IMG/VR virus record: IMGVR_UViG_3300032334_002567
Location: 1-64,000 of that record
DNA length: 64,000 nt
Reading direction: 5' to 3' (one strand)
Shown here in pieces: positions 49,129-58,206 of this stretch. The notes beneath the pieces were generated by a model. The model was not told the DNA's origin, ran no database searches, and was given only the letters and a program-made list of their open reading frames with translations. The number at the start of each line of letters is the position of its first letter. Position 1 is the stretch's first letter. Made by a program: the position numbers and the translations under genes.

Positions 49129-50820
49129 CTAGGCGTAGAAGTTCTCTATAGCATAATTAAAGTGCTCCTGAGTTCTCACTACCTTATGAATATTTCCAGA
49201 TAATCTTATTGCAGAAAAAAGAGTAGTGAAGATTCTTGAATTATCAACCAAAAAACTACTAAAGTCTTTTGGAGTAGGAACTAACTTGGCAACCCAATCG
49301 GCGTTAGACAGCCAACTTTTCTCTTTGCTGGAGAATTTTCTATTCTGTACGCCAGATACAATACAATGGTTAACTATCGAAATAAAGTTTGCCCAAGGGT
49401 CTCTAGGATCTAATAAACCCTGTGAAACTTCTGTGGGCGAAAGCTCCATATTACATAATATTTCCAAGCAATTCATTGCTTCTTCACCCGTCATTAATTT
49501 GGGAATAGATTTCACTATATTCTGAAACTCTCCCAACCGTAACTTTGAAAGATCGGCATTTTTTTGTATTTTTTCTAAAGTGGTTCCCCACATTACACTC
49601 ATAGCCTTCTTGTTATAAAAAGGCTGTGCTAGATTTATCAGGTCTCCTTCATTATCTTCAAACTTAATAGCCTGCAACTCTGTGAAATACTTTCTAATTT
49701 TCTTTACCACGCTACTGTTGGTGTTGGCCTTTAGTATCTCTTCACAAACTTCTTTAAATACAGAAACCTTGTCGATTTTTCCAATAATGTACGTAGAAGT
49801 CTTGCTGTTTTCAGAAATTAAAGAAGATATTTTTTCTTTTGGAACAAGTGGCAAAAAGTAATCTTTTAATGCGTCTGACTTAAGAACGTACTTCATGGCA
49901 GATGCATAGTTGTTCTCATTTGAAAGAAAAACTTTTGCTTGATCTGTATCTTTGGCAGACATCAAAGATTCAAGCTTTTCTAAAATAGGACCGCTACTTA
50001 GAGAAGAATAAAGCTTTGAAATATTACTAGATGAAGGGAGTATGTCTCTCATATCCCCCTTACAGCAATATGTATCCAGAGCATATTGCAGCCTTCTGGG
50101 TGATACCTTGCCTTTTTCTTCTGTTGAAAGGTCTTCCCACCATTGAATAGCCGAGTCGGCTGTTCTCTGTCCGTATCTAGTGCGAAACCAGTCAACACTA
50201 GGCGAGTAGGGAACTTCCACAGATACATGGAAACGATCTTTTTGTGCTGGGTCTAGCCTTTCAACGTCATAAGTTTGATCTTCATCATCTGGATTGATTG
50301 CAGCCCAGATCATTTTTAATTTAGGAAATTTGTATCCGTTAATGGATTTAAATTGCAGCAGCTCCATTACCGCATTTCTAACTTTTTTAGGGCTGCGGTT
50401 AAACTCATCAAAAAATAACGCCTCTATTTCCCCTGTGGCGAAAACAAGAGGACGGATCAAGTCCAAATATGCCAAGCCCTGTTCTCTGCCTATCGCATGA
50501 TCTACGATCTTTGATGCAGATGATTCTGACATTTTCCAATTAGAAACAACCCAATCAACAGCAAGTTGCCGGTCGATTGTTGAAAGCTCTTTCAAAATTA
50601 AGAATTGTTCTGGGACTTTATTCTCTATTTTCTCTTTTGGAACACCAACAAAGTCAACCCAAGGGTCCATTGTAGAGGCACTAAAATACCTGTAATTTAT
50701 TGAGCGACGTTCAAAAGCATCTTTTACCATGGCTGTTTTACCAACGCCATGCCTGCCGATGAACAAAACATTCTGGCTATTTTCAATCCAGAATTCAATT
50801 TTTTTGTCGATTTGATTCAT
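49129..50820 (-). CDS. MoxR-type AAA+ ATPase with long C-terminal extension
   Basis: GRHGVGKT, DFVGVP, FFDEFNR, AAINP, LDPAQKDRF, SPRR. Confidence 0.88.
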   Translation of the reverse strand: MNQIDKKIEFWIENSQNVLFIGRHGVGKTAMVKDAFERRSINYRYFSASTMDPWVDFVGVPKEKIENKVPEQFLILKELSTIDRQLAVDWVVSNWKMSESSASKIVDHAIGREQGLAYLDLIRPLVFATGEIEALFFDEFNRSPKKVRNAVMELLQFKSINGYKFPKLKMIWAAINPDDEDQTYDVERLDPAQKDRFHVSVEVPYSPSVDWFRTRYGQRTADSAIQWWEDLSTEEKGKVSPRRLQYALDTYCCKGDMRDILPSSSNISKLYSSLSSGPILEKLESLMSAKDTDQAKVFLSNENNYASAMKYVLKSDALKDYFLPLVPKEKISSLISENSKTSTYIIGKIDKVSVFKEVCEEILKANTNSSVVKKIRKYFTELQAIKFEDNEGDLINLAQPFYNKKAMSVMWGTTLEKIQKNADLSKLRLGEFQNIVKSIPKLMTGEEAMNCLEILCNMELSPTEVSQGLLDPRDPWANFISIVNHCIVSGVQNRKFSSKEKSWLSNADWVAKLVPTPKDFSSFLVDNSRIFTTLFSAIRLSGNIHKVVRTQEHFNYAIENFYA

Positions 50821-50823
50821 AAT

Positions 50824-50867
50824 AAAAAAGTAGCTCCGTTGAGAAGGCAAACCTCTCAACGGAGCTA
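50824..50867 (-). terminator. 14-bp perfect hairpin plus U-tract (terminator/attenuator)
   Basis: TAGCTCCGTTGAGA-9 nt-TCTCAACGGAGCTA-CTTTTTT. Confidence 0.8.
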
Positions 50868-50889
50868 AGTTGGAATTTAGCCTAAGAGG

Positions 50890-51918
50890 TCAAGCGTCTT
50901 TTCTATACCACCAAGAGTTCTTGGGTGCAAGCCATTCGCCATCTTCGTGACGCCATTCAAAAACATCGCTCTGAACTTCACGCAAAACCTTGATCTTGCG
51001 ATTGTTGACCAAGCTATTCATGGCAGAAAGGGCCAATCGGTACTTCTTTAAGTCTTCACATCTGGTGAGTCTGTCCAATGCCAGATACAAAGCCTTAGCT
51101 GGATCTCCCTCGTCTACGAATCGCACATTCTTAATGCGATCACAGAAATCAGAAAGCAAAGCCGGTCCATAGAAGATATACATTTTTCCTACAGCCGCCT
51201 GCACTTCTGCTTGGGCCTTGGGAATGTGAGTCATCACCCAATCGATCACTTCTGACCACTGGATTGCAAACTCTGTGATTTCTGATGGTGTGTAGGAGAG
51301 CTTGGCATCAAGTCCACGCATAATCGCCTTGCAGAAACCAGCGGTTTTATTGCCCCAACGACGATCAACGACCATCTGCATCTTCTCACCAACACTTCTT
51401 TTCGATCCTGAGTCGATGGCAAACTTGCTCTCTGGAAGCACTCCAAAAGTGAAGTAAAAACAAACCTCTTGCTTTTTGCTTGCCAAGAAGGCGTTGATTC
51501 GATGTTGGCCATCACCAGCTTGTCCGTTGGTATCAATCGCAATGCTTTCATGAGTAGGAAGCCAGCGATCAGACTCAATGTCTCTTTGCAAAGCTTCAAC
51601 GTGCATTCTTTTAACACGCCGATTACCCTCGCTAATCGACCAAATTGCTCCAAGCAATTCTTCTGCCATTGGTCGAGTCAACATAATGAATTCACTGTAT
51701 TGGGTGCTCTTCTTCACGCATGTGAACCAAGGCTTTCCGCTACGGTGAGCTTCGCTGAGATAGTGGTTTCGGTTTTCAATCGCTTCTGCTTCGATGAGCT
51801 TGATTTGCTCTTCGCTGCTGCTTGAGACGATTGATTCTTTTGGAGTGACACCAGGAATGCTGGGCTTCAACTTCGAACCAGCAATGATTAAATCAGCGAC
51901 CGAGCCTACCTTACCCAT
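50890..51918 (-). CDS. ParB/Srx-like (DGQHR) domain protein
   Basis: TRPMAEELL...NRR...DIESDRW...IAID..G...DGQHRINA...IDSG..RS; AAGGAG SD. Confidence 0.8.
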   Translation of the reverse strand: MGKVGSVADLIIAGSKLKPSIPGVTPKESIVSSSSEEQIKLIEAEAIENRNHYLSEAHRSGKPWFTCVKKSTQYSEFIMLTRPMAEELLGAIWSISEGNRRVKRMHVEALQRDIESDRWLPTHESIAIDTNGQAGDGQHRINAFLASKKQEVCFYFTFGVLPESKFAIDSGSKRSVGEKMQMVVDRRWGNKTAGFCKAIMRGLDAKLSYTPSEITEFAIQWSEVIDWVMTHIPKAQAEVQAAVGKMYIFYGPALLSDFCDRIKNVRFVDEGDPAKALYLALDRLTRCEDLKKYRLALSAMNSLVNNRKIKVLREVQSDVFEWRHEDGEWLAPKNSWWYRKDA

Positions 51919-51965
51919 GGATTAGCTCCTTTGTTAGGGTTGTTTTGGTTATTGATCTGTCAGCT

Positions 51966-51993
51966 ATGTTAGCACGACTTATTCGGTTGTAAA
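51966..51993 (-). promoter_or_regulatory. Early sigma70-like promoter
   Basis: TTTACA-16 nt (ending TGC)-TAACAT. Confidence 0.6.
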
Positions 51994-52090
51994 GGGGGCC
52001 ACAATCAACTTCTTCTATTTCAAAATTAGCACAAAAGACACTAAATAAAGTGGCGAGTTAAGGATAACTTTTGCTTTTACAAGGAGGTAA

Positions 52091-52759
52091 ATGATTTGGC
52101 ACTCCCCCAAAATTTTAATTTGTTTGCCTACATTTCACTCAGAAATAGCATGGCTTGAACGATCTACAGAATCAGTTTCAAAGCAAACTTACGCAAACTT
52201 TGATTGCTATCTAGTCAAAGATTCTTGTACCAAGGCAGGCACTCCATGCCTTGAGTGCGACAACTGCAGGGCGACTGTGTCTTTTTGCCAGAAGCTTGCA
52301 CAAAAGGATAAAAGATTCAAGTTTTTTAATTTGCCTCTTAATTGTGCAGGTGCAGGTTGGGGGCCGAGAAATTTTGCTATACAAAATACTAAGCATGATT
52401 TAATAGCCTACCTAGATGATGATAATTGGTATGAGCCAAATCATCTAGAACTGTTGCTAGAAGCTTTAAAATCTAAAGATTCAGATATGGCATACACAGG
52501 CACTAGGTTAATTAAAAAAGATGGAACAATAGAAGGCATAAGAATTCATCCGTATGAGCCAAAGCAAGGGTACATAGATACATCTGAAATACTACACAAG
52601 AGGTTTTTAATAGAAAAATATGGAGGGTGGAGATGGGTAAAAAAAGGAAATGATTGGGATATAGTCTCTAGGTGGGTTCCGGGGTTAAAATGGAGCCACA
52701 CAAATCAAATCACCTTAAATTTTTACCTTCGTGAAGGATGTGGAATACACAGAACTTAA
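52091..52759 (+). CDS. Glycosyltransferase family 2
   Basis: LPTF, SVSKQTY, PRNFAI, IAYLDDDN, IDTS, NDW; AAGGAGG SD; CTAAATA upstream. Confidence 0.88.
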   Translation: MIWHSPKILICLPTFHSEIAWLERSTESVSKQTYANFDCYLVKDSCTKAGTPCLECDNCRATVSFCQKLAQKDKRFKFFNLPLNCAGAGWGPRNFAIQNTKHDLIAYLDDDNWYEPNHLELLLEALKSKDSDMAYTGTRLIKKDGTIEGIRIHPYEPKQGYIDTSEILHKRFLIEKYGGWRWVKKGNDWDIVSRWVPGLKWSHTNQITLNFYLREGCGIHRT

Positions 52760-53166
52760 AAGAACTTCCAGAATTTTGATTTTTCTTTTGGTTTTTGCTC
52801 TGGCTCTTCTTTTATTTTTTGAGCTAACATTTTTTGCTTTTCTTTTTTTCTTGCATTGTGTATGGCTCTTTTCACAAGTAGTTTGGCTGCGATTGGAATA
52901 AAAGGTAGATTCCTTTTATCCGACTCTTCTTTGAGCCAATCAACCACTCTATCAATGTTTTGTTCTGTCCATTCGCTTCCATTTTGATCCATTATTGCAG
53001 CTCTTTCGTTACATTTACAACTTGGAGTAGGAACTATGCCTACTTTTGCTAAAAGAGCTTTTAGTTCAGTGCCGGGACCTTCAGGGTTTTCTAGATAATT
53101 TTGTAGATTTTCTATGTATCTGGTTCTTAGATTTTGTACGTCTTCTATGTTGAAAGATTTACGCAT
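52756..53166 (-). CDS. Conserved-looking phage protein with a CxC motif
   Basis: GPGTELKALL..VGI...CKCNERA..MD..G..W...N...VDWLKEE...R.LPF. Confidence 0.65.
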   Translation of the reverse strand: MRKSFNIEDVQNLRTRYIENLQNYLENPEGPGTELKALLAKVGIVPTPSCKCNERAAIMDQNGSEWTEQNIDRVVDWLKEESDKRNLPFIPIAAKLLVKRAIHNARKKEKQKMLAQKIKEEPEQKPKEKSKFWKFF

Positions 53167-53739
53167 TTAATTTGCCTCTTTACGTAATCTAAAATTATTT
53201 CTACTAATCATAGCACGAGTTTGATGTGCAAAAGAAACTATATCTGCCCTGTGTTCGGTGATTGTTTCTTTAGCAGGCAAACCAGAATCTAATTTATCCA
53301 AGCAAACTACTAAAGGTATTCTAGCAACCGGACCAAAGTGAAAACATCCATCTTTTAGTATCGCTCCACATTGCTTTGCTGCTTCCCAAGCATCTTCTTT
53401 GCTAACATTTGGAAACTCAACAAAGCTATTCTCTAAATTTTCTATTGTTATTCTTTCTGGTTCTTGACTTGGAGGCTCAAACAAAGAGTCAAGCGGAGTA
53501 GTATAGGTGCAACAATCCTCAGCATTAATATCACAACAATCAAAACACTCTGTGTAGCATCGTCTATCACAAAAACAGCCGTCGTCTTGTGGTGATCCAG
53601 TTGGAACACAAAGAGGTCCTGGACCACCGAGGGCACAAGTCCAGTTAGGATTTTGATCGTCTGGTGGGTAACAGCAACCTTCTGCTTTTGCCAACATTAC
53701 AAATAAAATATCGTCTTCTTCTTGTTTTTCTTGGCTCAT
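53167..53739 (-). CDS. Cys-rich protein with somatomedin-B-like spacing in the N-terminal half
   Basis: GCC...C...C...CFCDRRC...CFDCC....DCC. Confidence 0.6.
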   Translation of the reverse strand: MSQEKQEEDDILFVMLAKAEGCCYPPDDQNPNWTCALGGPGPLCVPTGSPQDDGCFCDRRCYTECFDCCDINAEDCCTYTTPLDSLFEPPSQEPERITIENLENSFVEFPNVSKEDAWEAAKQCGAILKDGCFHFGPVARIPLVVCLDKLDSGLPAKETITEHRADIVSFAHQTRAMISRNNFRLRKEAN

Positions 53740-54950
53740 TCTTCCACCTTAAAAGTAAAATCAATGTCTAAAAACTTATCACTTATTCTTTTTTTGTCTT
53801 CTTCGCTTATTTCTTTGCTAGAAATGATTAAAATACTTTCTACTTGACATCTAACTTGTTTTATACCTATTATATTTAAACTTAGTAATTCTTGTTTAAT
53901 TTTATTTATAGATTCACCTTTAATTGTAAAAGGTCTACTATCTAAAAATTCAAATTGACGATAAAGCCTTCCGCAATCACAACGAGAATATTCTTGCTCT
54001 ATTTTACAATAATCTCCATTCCAATATCTTATAAAAGGACTTGGTAACGAAAAATAATCAGTGCTAAGTAATTTTTTGTCTTTTTCTTCGCACCAACTTA
54101 AATTATCTAATAGATGTTGTCTTCTTTCTTTACAAGTGATAAATGTAGATCCGCCATCCCAGCAACGCATATGGTCACAAAATTTATCTATAAAACCAGA
54201 TTCCAATAAAAAGCTTACATCTTTTTTGAGTATTTTTTCATTTGTATTGCTTAAAAGTGTACAAATTTTACCCTTAAAATTAAACTTTTTAATATAGTGA
54301 CACAAAGAGTTTATAGTAGAACCGGGACCTAACAAAACATCTATTTTATTTTCAGATAAAAATTTCAGCAAATCACGATAAAAAACATCTGGTTGATATT
54401 TGAGTAATTCTAAACTAGCACAATGCGATGTGGATTGATACTTTTCGCCATGCTTCTCCATAAAATTAGGGGGGTTTTTAAAAGTCTCCACGGCATTGTT
54501 AGACACTACCCTATTCTTAAAAAGATAAAGAACATGTGGATTAAAAATATTAAATTCGTCTAAAATCAAATCATAATGATTTTCACATTCTATGAATTTT
54601 AAGAATGGATCCCACCTAAGATACTCAAATCCAACGCCGGTTGTGCTTCCACTACTACGCATTATTTGAGATTCAGATGATAACTCACTAACATACCAAT
54701 CCTTTTTATTCAACAAATCGTCTTTTGAAAAATAAAATTGATTTTTATCTCTATAAACCTTGCTGTTTTTAAAAGCCCAAAGCTCAATATTTTTCTTTAA
54801 AACATTAACAACATCTAAAAGAACTTCTTGATCTTCATAAAGCAAGCCAGAACAAAAACTTTTGTAATCGTACAATACTTGTTTATTAGGTAAGTTATTT
54901 TTCCATTTAACTAGAAATTCTTTAGTTTTTTTATAACCTAGTTTTAGCAT
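53736..54950 (-). CDS. PaaK/CapK-like adenylate-forming (ANL) ligase
   Basis: RSSGSTTG P-loop, CWDGG, LLSTD, PFIRYWNGD, CDCGR. Confidence 0.8.
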   Translation of the reverse strand: MLKLGYKKTKEFLVKWKNNLPNKQVLYDYKSFCSGLLYEDQEVLLDVVNVLKKNIELWAFKNSKVYRDKNQFYFSKDDLLNKKDWYVSELSSESQIMRSSGSTTGVGFEYLRWDPFLKFIECENHYDLILDEFNIFNPHVLYLFKNRVVSNNAVETFKNPPNFMEKHGEKYQSTSHCASLELLKYQPDVFYRDLLKFLSENKIDVLLGPGSTINSLCHYIKKFNFKGKICTLLSNTNEKILKKDVSFLLESGFIDKFCDHMRCWDGGSTFITCKERRQHLLDNLSWCEEKDKKLLSTDYFSLPSPFIRYWNGDYCKIEQEYSRCDCGRLYRQFEFLDSRPFTIKGESINKIKQELLSLNIIGIKQVRCQVESILIISSKEISEEDKKRISDKFLDIDFTFKVEE

Positions 54951-54952
54951 AG

Positions 54953-55513
54953 CTATAACATAAAATCTGGTGTTTTTGGAGTAATGTATTTTAGGAACTC
55001 CACAGTTCCATTATTTGTAAAAACTACCTCATATCGACCTCTACATTGATGAGTGCTGCATTCGCAGTCCAAAGATCTAAAGTACTCTGCAATTGTTTCG
55101 CTTCCAGTTTTCCCAAATTTTTGTGTTCTAAGATAACATTTTCTTTTGCTTCTTCTGCCTGAGTCTAAAAACCAAACCATCCAAGACTCATCTGTCAAAA
55201 CCTCTAAAGTTTCCCGAGCTATTATCTTCGATGAGTCTTTATAAAAAATGTTATGTATGTCATTAAAGATAGGATATGCTACACTATAAACTCTATAAGT
55301 ATTTTTATCTTTTTTTATAGTATTCTTATCTATCTTAAAAAAATTACTTAACATATCAACTTTATAAGACAGCCAGTCTTTATTTTTATCTCGCATGGCC
55401 AAGTAGCAGTTCTTACCTTTGGATGGTCTTATAATAGAAGAACCTCCCAAGATAGTACCATAAAGCACTTGCTTTTGTTTTTCTGTAAATTTTGGACCAA
55501 TTTGGTAAGTCAT
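54953..55513 (-). CDS. Free-standing double-motif LAGLIDADG protein with catalytic acidic residues altered
   Basis: VLYGTILGGS and WMVWFLDSG in place of GxLLGDG and WFMDDG. Confidence 0.75.
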   Translation of the reverse strand: MTYQIGPKFTEKQKQVLYGTILGGSSIIRPSKGKNCYLAMRDKNKDWLSYKVDMLSNFFKIDKNTIKKDKNTYRVYSVAYPIFNDIHNIFYKDSSKIIARETLEVLTDESWMVWFLDSGRRSKRKCYLRTQKFGKTGSETIAEYFRSLDCECSTHQCRGRYEVVFTNNGTVEFLKYITPKTPDFML

Positions 55514-55516
55514 AAA

Positions 55517-56056
55517 TTAATCTTTGTCTTTAAAAAATTGCATATTTTTATCTGCCCATTCTATAACCATGTGCGTTCCTCTGGACAACAGTCCTACCAA
55601 TTGGGTGGGGTTTCCAGAACCCTCTATTGATATGTTTTCTCTTTCATTATTCTCGATCCAAACCAAAGAAAATATTAAACTTTTTCTTTTCTTAAGTTCT
55701 TCTACCATTTGGTGAATAGTAACTAGAGATAAATCTGGGATGCCTAGTTCTTGATATTTTTTCTTTAGTTTTTCTTCTTGGGACTCAATTATTAGCAATA
55801 AATTATCAGAAAGAGCTTTTAAACCAGCTTCTAAATTTGCTCCACTAAAAAATATTTTACATAAGTTTGAATCAACTTTGGTTAATTTGGCTTCGAAACT
55901 TGTCGTTTCATTAGCATTTTTTACCATGTATTCTATTTCTTCTTGCACTCCCCTAGACAGTATTTCATAAAAAACAAAGAAAGGTCCGTCTTTTGTTTCT
56001 ACTAATTTAACCCCGTCTATTCTTTTAAAAATATTTATAAAATCTTCAAAATTCAT
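55517..56056 (-). CDS. Hypothetical protein
   Basis: 179-aa ORF. Confidence 0.6.
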   Translation of the reverse strand: MNFEDFINIFKRIDGVKLVETKDGPFFVFYEILSRGVQEEIEYMVKNANETTSFEAKLTKVDSNLCKIFFSGANLEAGLKALSDNLLLIIESQEEKLKKKYQELGIPDLSLVTIHQMVEELKKRKSLIFSLVWIENNERENISIEGSGNPTQLVGLLSRGTHMVIEWADKNMQFFKDKD

Positions 56057-56063
56057 TTAATTC

Positions 56064-56579
56064 CTATCTAATCATTGATTTTGGAAGAACCCTATAGAGT
56101 TTGATAATATGCTTACAAAGCATAGGATCATTGTTTGGATTCACAGAAGGTCTATTACCAGTGGGTGTGTATGAAGACCTTTTTCTTCCAAACAAGGATT
56201 TGTCTAGGTGGTCGGCATAATTGCCTCGCCAATAAAAATCCTTACAATTGCAGCGAACTAAAACATGACTATTTGGATCAATTTTATTAAATTCATAGCT
56301 TTTACCATTATTTGCAACTATTTTAACATTAAGTCCCGCACCATATTTGACATTTTTAAACAATATAGAAGGCATATATTCTTTGCCATTTTCTGTATTT
56401 TGAGCCAAACCTTTCAGGTATAGAGTTTTTAATCCTAAATAAGGGACCCAGTGTAGTTTTGATATCTTTATTGGGTCTATTGCGTATTGTCTTCTAGTGG
56501 CCTTAGGAAAAGCCTTCACGGTACTTGTGTACAAGTCGTTTAAACTGCTCTCTGCTATAAACCATTGTTCGAAATTCAT
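56064..56579 (-). CDS. SWIM-type zinc-finger protein with capsid-targeting-like N-terminus
   Basis: MNFEQWFIAES; VRCNCKDF...LCKH. Confidence 0.75.
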   Translation of the reverse strand: MNFEQWFIAESSLNDLYTSTVKAFPKATRRQYAIDPIKISKLHWVPYLGLKTLYLKGLAQNTENGKEYMPSILFKNVKYGAGLNVKIVANNGKSYEFNKIDPNSHVLVRCNCKDFYWRGNYADHLDKSLFGRKRSSYTPTGNRPSVNPNNDPMLCKHIIKLYRVLPKSMIR

Positions 56580-56633
56580 ACTATATTTATTATCATAATG
56601 TTCAAAACTTAACTATAATAAATCGGAGGAATA

Positions 56634-56930
56634 ATGGAAAAAGAAGAAAAAGAAGAGATTATAAAGTTTGAGAATAGAAAGACTTTTGAAGTCAAAATGA
56701 GACCTGCCAATGGAGGGGGAATAGAAAAAGCAATTTTTATAGATGGTGAACTACTAGATTGGCAAGTAGATATAAACTCTTTGGTAGATGCTATGAAAAT
56801 GGGGCCACAGTACATGAGAGAAATTCAAAGGGACATAGAAAAGCACTTTGTAGAATCTGTGTCTGATACTGTTGGAAGAAAAGTCACAGCAGAAGATATT
56901 AAACAAGCAATTAAAGTTGGATATATCTGA
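56634..56930 (+). CDS. Hypothetical protein
   Basis: 98 aa; GGAGG SD. Confidence 0.65.
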   Translation: MEKEEKEEIIKFENRKTFEVKMRPANGGGIEKAIFIDGELLDWQVDINSLVDAMKMGPQYMREIQRDIEKHFVESVSDTVGRKVTAEDIKQAIKVGYI

Positions 56931-56931
56931 T

Positions 56932-58206
56932 ATGAGTATGGTACATGATATACTGTGTAAACACACTATAGGCGATGGAGAAAAAATCGTCATAGACCCA
57001 GTTAAAAGCAATGGTGTGTATCTTGTAGACTTAATTGATGGAAAAAAATACCTAGACTGTTCAAGTCAATATGCCAGCATGGCTCTTGGTTGGAATAATC
57101 CAACATTAAAAAAATACCTAGAAGAAAACAAAGAAAGTCTAAATTTCTGTAATTTGCATAAAATTGCAAACTGTGATTTTTACACAACAGTGTATGCAGA
57201 ATTTGTAAGCAAGTTTTCTGAAATTACAAGTGATTTCAAACATTTGTTTTTTGTAGAAGGTGGAACTTTAGGTGTAGAAAACGCAATAAAAGCAGCCTTT
57301 GATTGGAAAGCTAAGAAACTCGGGCTGACTCATAAAGCTTCTAATTCTATAGTTAACAAGTTCGATGTTATACATTTACAGCAGGCGTTTCATGGAAGAA
57401 GCGGATATTGTTTGTCTATAACTAACACAATAGCAAACAAAGTTTCATTGTTCCCAAAGTTTAATTGGACAAGAATAAAAAATCCAAAGTTAGAATTTCC
57501 TATCGTTGAAAGCAAAGTCGCAATAGATGAAGAGCTAAGCTTGTTGCAGGCCGAAAATGCTCTGAAATCGAATAATGTGGCTGCAATAGTTCTGGAAACC
57601 ATTCAAGGTGAAGGAGGTGATAATCACTTTAGAACAGAATATTTCAAAGCTTTGCGTAAACTTGCAGATCAATATGAGGCATTACTTATATTGGACGAGG
57701 TTCAAACTGGTGTTGGACTTACGGGTAAAATGTGGGCTTACCAACATTCTGGGATAATCCCAGATATAATAGCTTTTGGAAAAAAGACACAAGTTTGCGG
57801 CTTTGCTTCCACCGATAGGATTGATGAAGTTTCTGATAATGTTTTTCGTGAATCAAGTAGAATAAGTTCTACTTGGGGCGGTAATATAATTGATATGTAC
57901 AGATTTACTCAAATAATAGAAATATTACAAGAACAAAGATTGGTTGATAATGCCAAAGAAGTGGGCGAATATTTTTTAAATAAACTTTATGAAGTAAAAA
58001 ATATAAAGAATGTTAGGGGCAAAGGATTAATGATTGCCTTTGATCTAAATACAACCCAAGAAAGAAATGAAGTTCTAAAAAAGCTTCAGTCAGATATGGC
58101 TATATTGCCTTGTGGAGAAAAGTCAATTCGTTTAAGGCCACATCTCATCTTCTCTAAAGATAATGTAGATGAAGCCATATATTATATAAATAAATCTGTT
58201 TCTTAA
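56932..58206 (+). CDS. lat: L-lysine 6-aminotransferase (class III PLP)
   Basis: FFVEGG.LGVENAIKAAFDWK, AFHGRSGY, IQGEGGDNHFR, DEVQTG, AFGKKTQV, SSRISSTWGGN. Confidence 0.9.
   Translation: MSMVHDILCKHTIGDGEKIVIDPVKSNGVYLVDLIDGKKYLDCSSQYASMALGWNNPTLKKYLEENKESLNFCNLHKIANCDFYTTVYAEFVSKFSEITSDFKHLFFVEGGTLGVENAIKAAFDWKAKKLGLTHKASNSIVNKFDVIHLQQAFHGRSGYCLSITNTIANKVSLFPKFNWTRIKNPKLEFPIVESKVAIDEELSLLQAENALKSNNVAAIVLETIQGEGGDNHFRTEYFKALRKLADQYEALLILDEVQTGVGLTGKMWAYQHSGIIPDIIAFGKKTQVCGFASTDRIDEVSDNVFRESSRISSTWGGNIIDMYRFTQIIEILQEQRLVDNAKEVGEYFLNKLYEVKNIKNVRGKGLMIAFDLNTTQERNEVLKKLQSDMAILPCGEKSIRLRPHLIFSKDNVDEAIYYINKSVS

Noticed and set aside
54953-55513. Active homing endonuclease or group I intron
   Set aside because: Catalytic acidic residues altered and the flanking genes are not split
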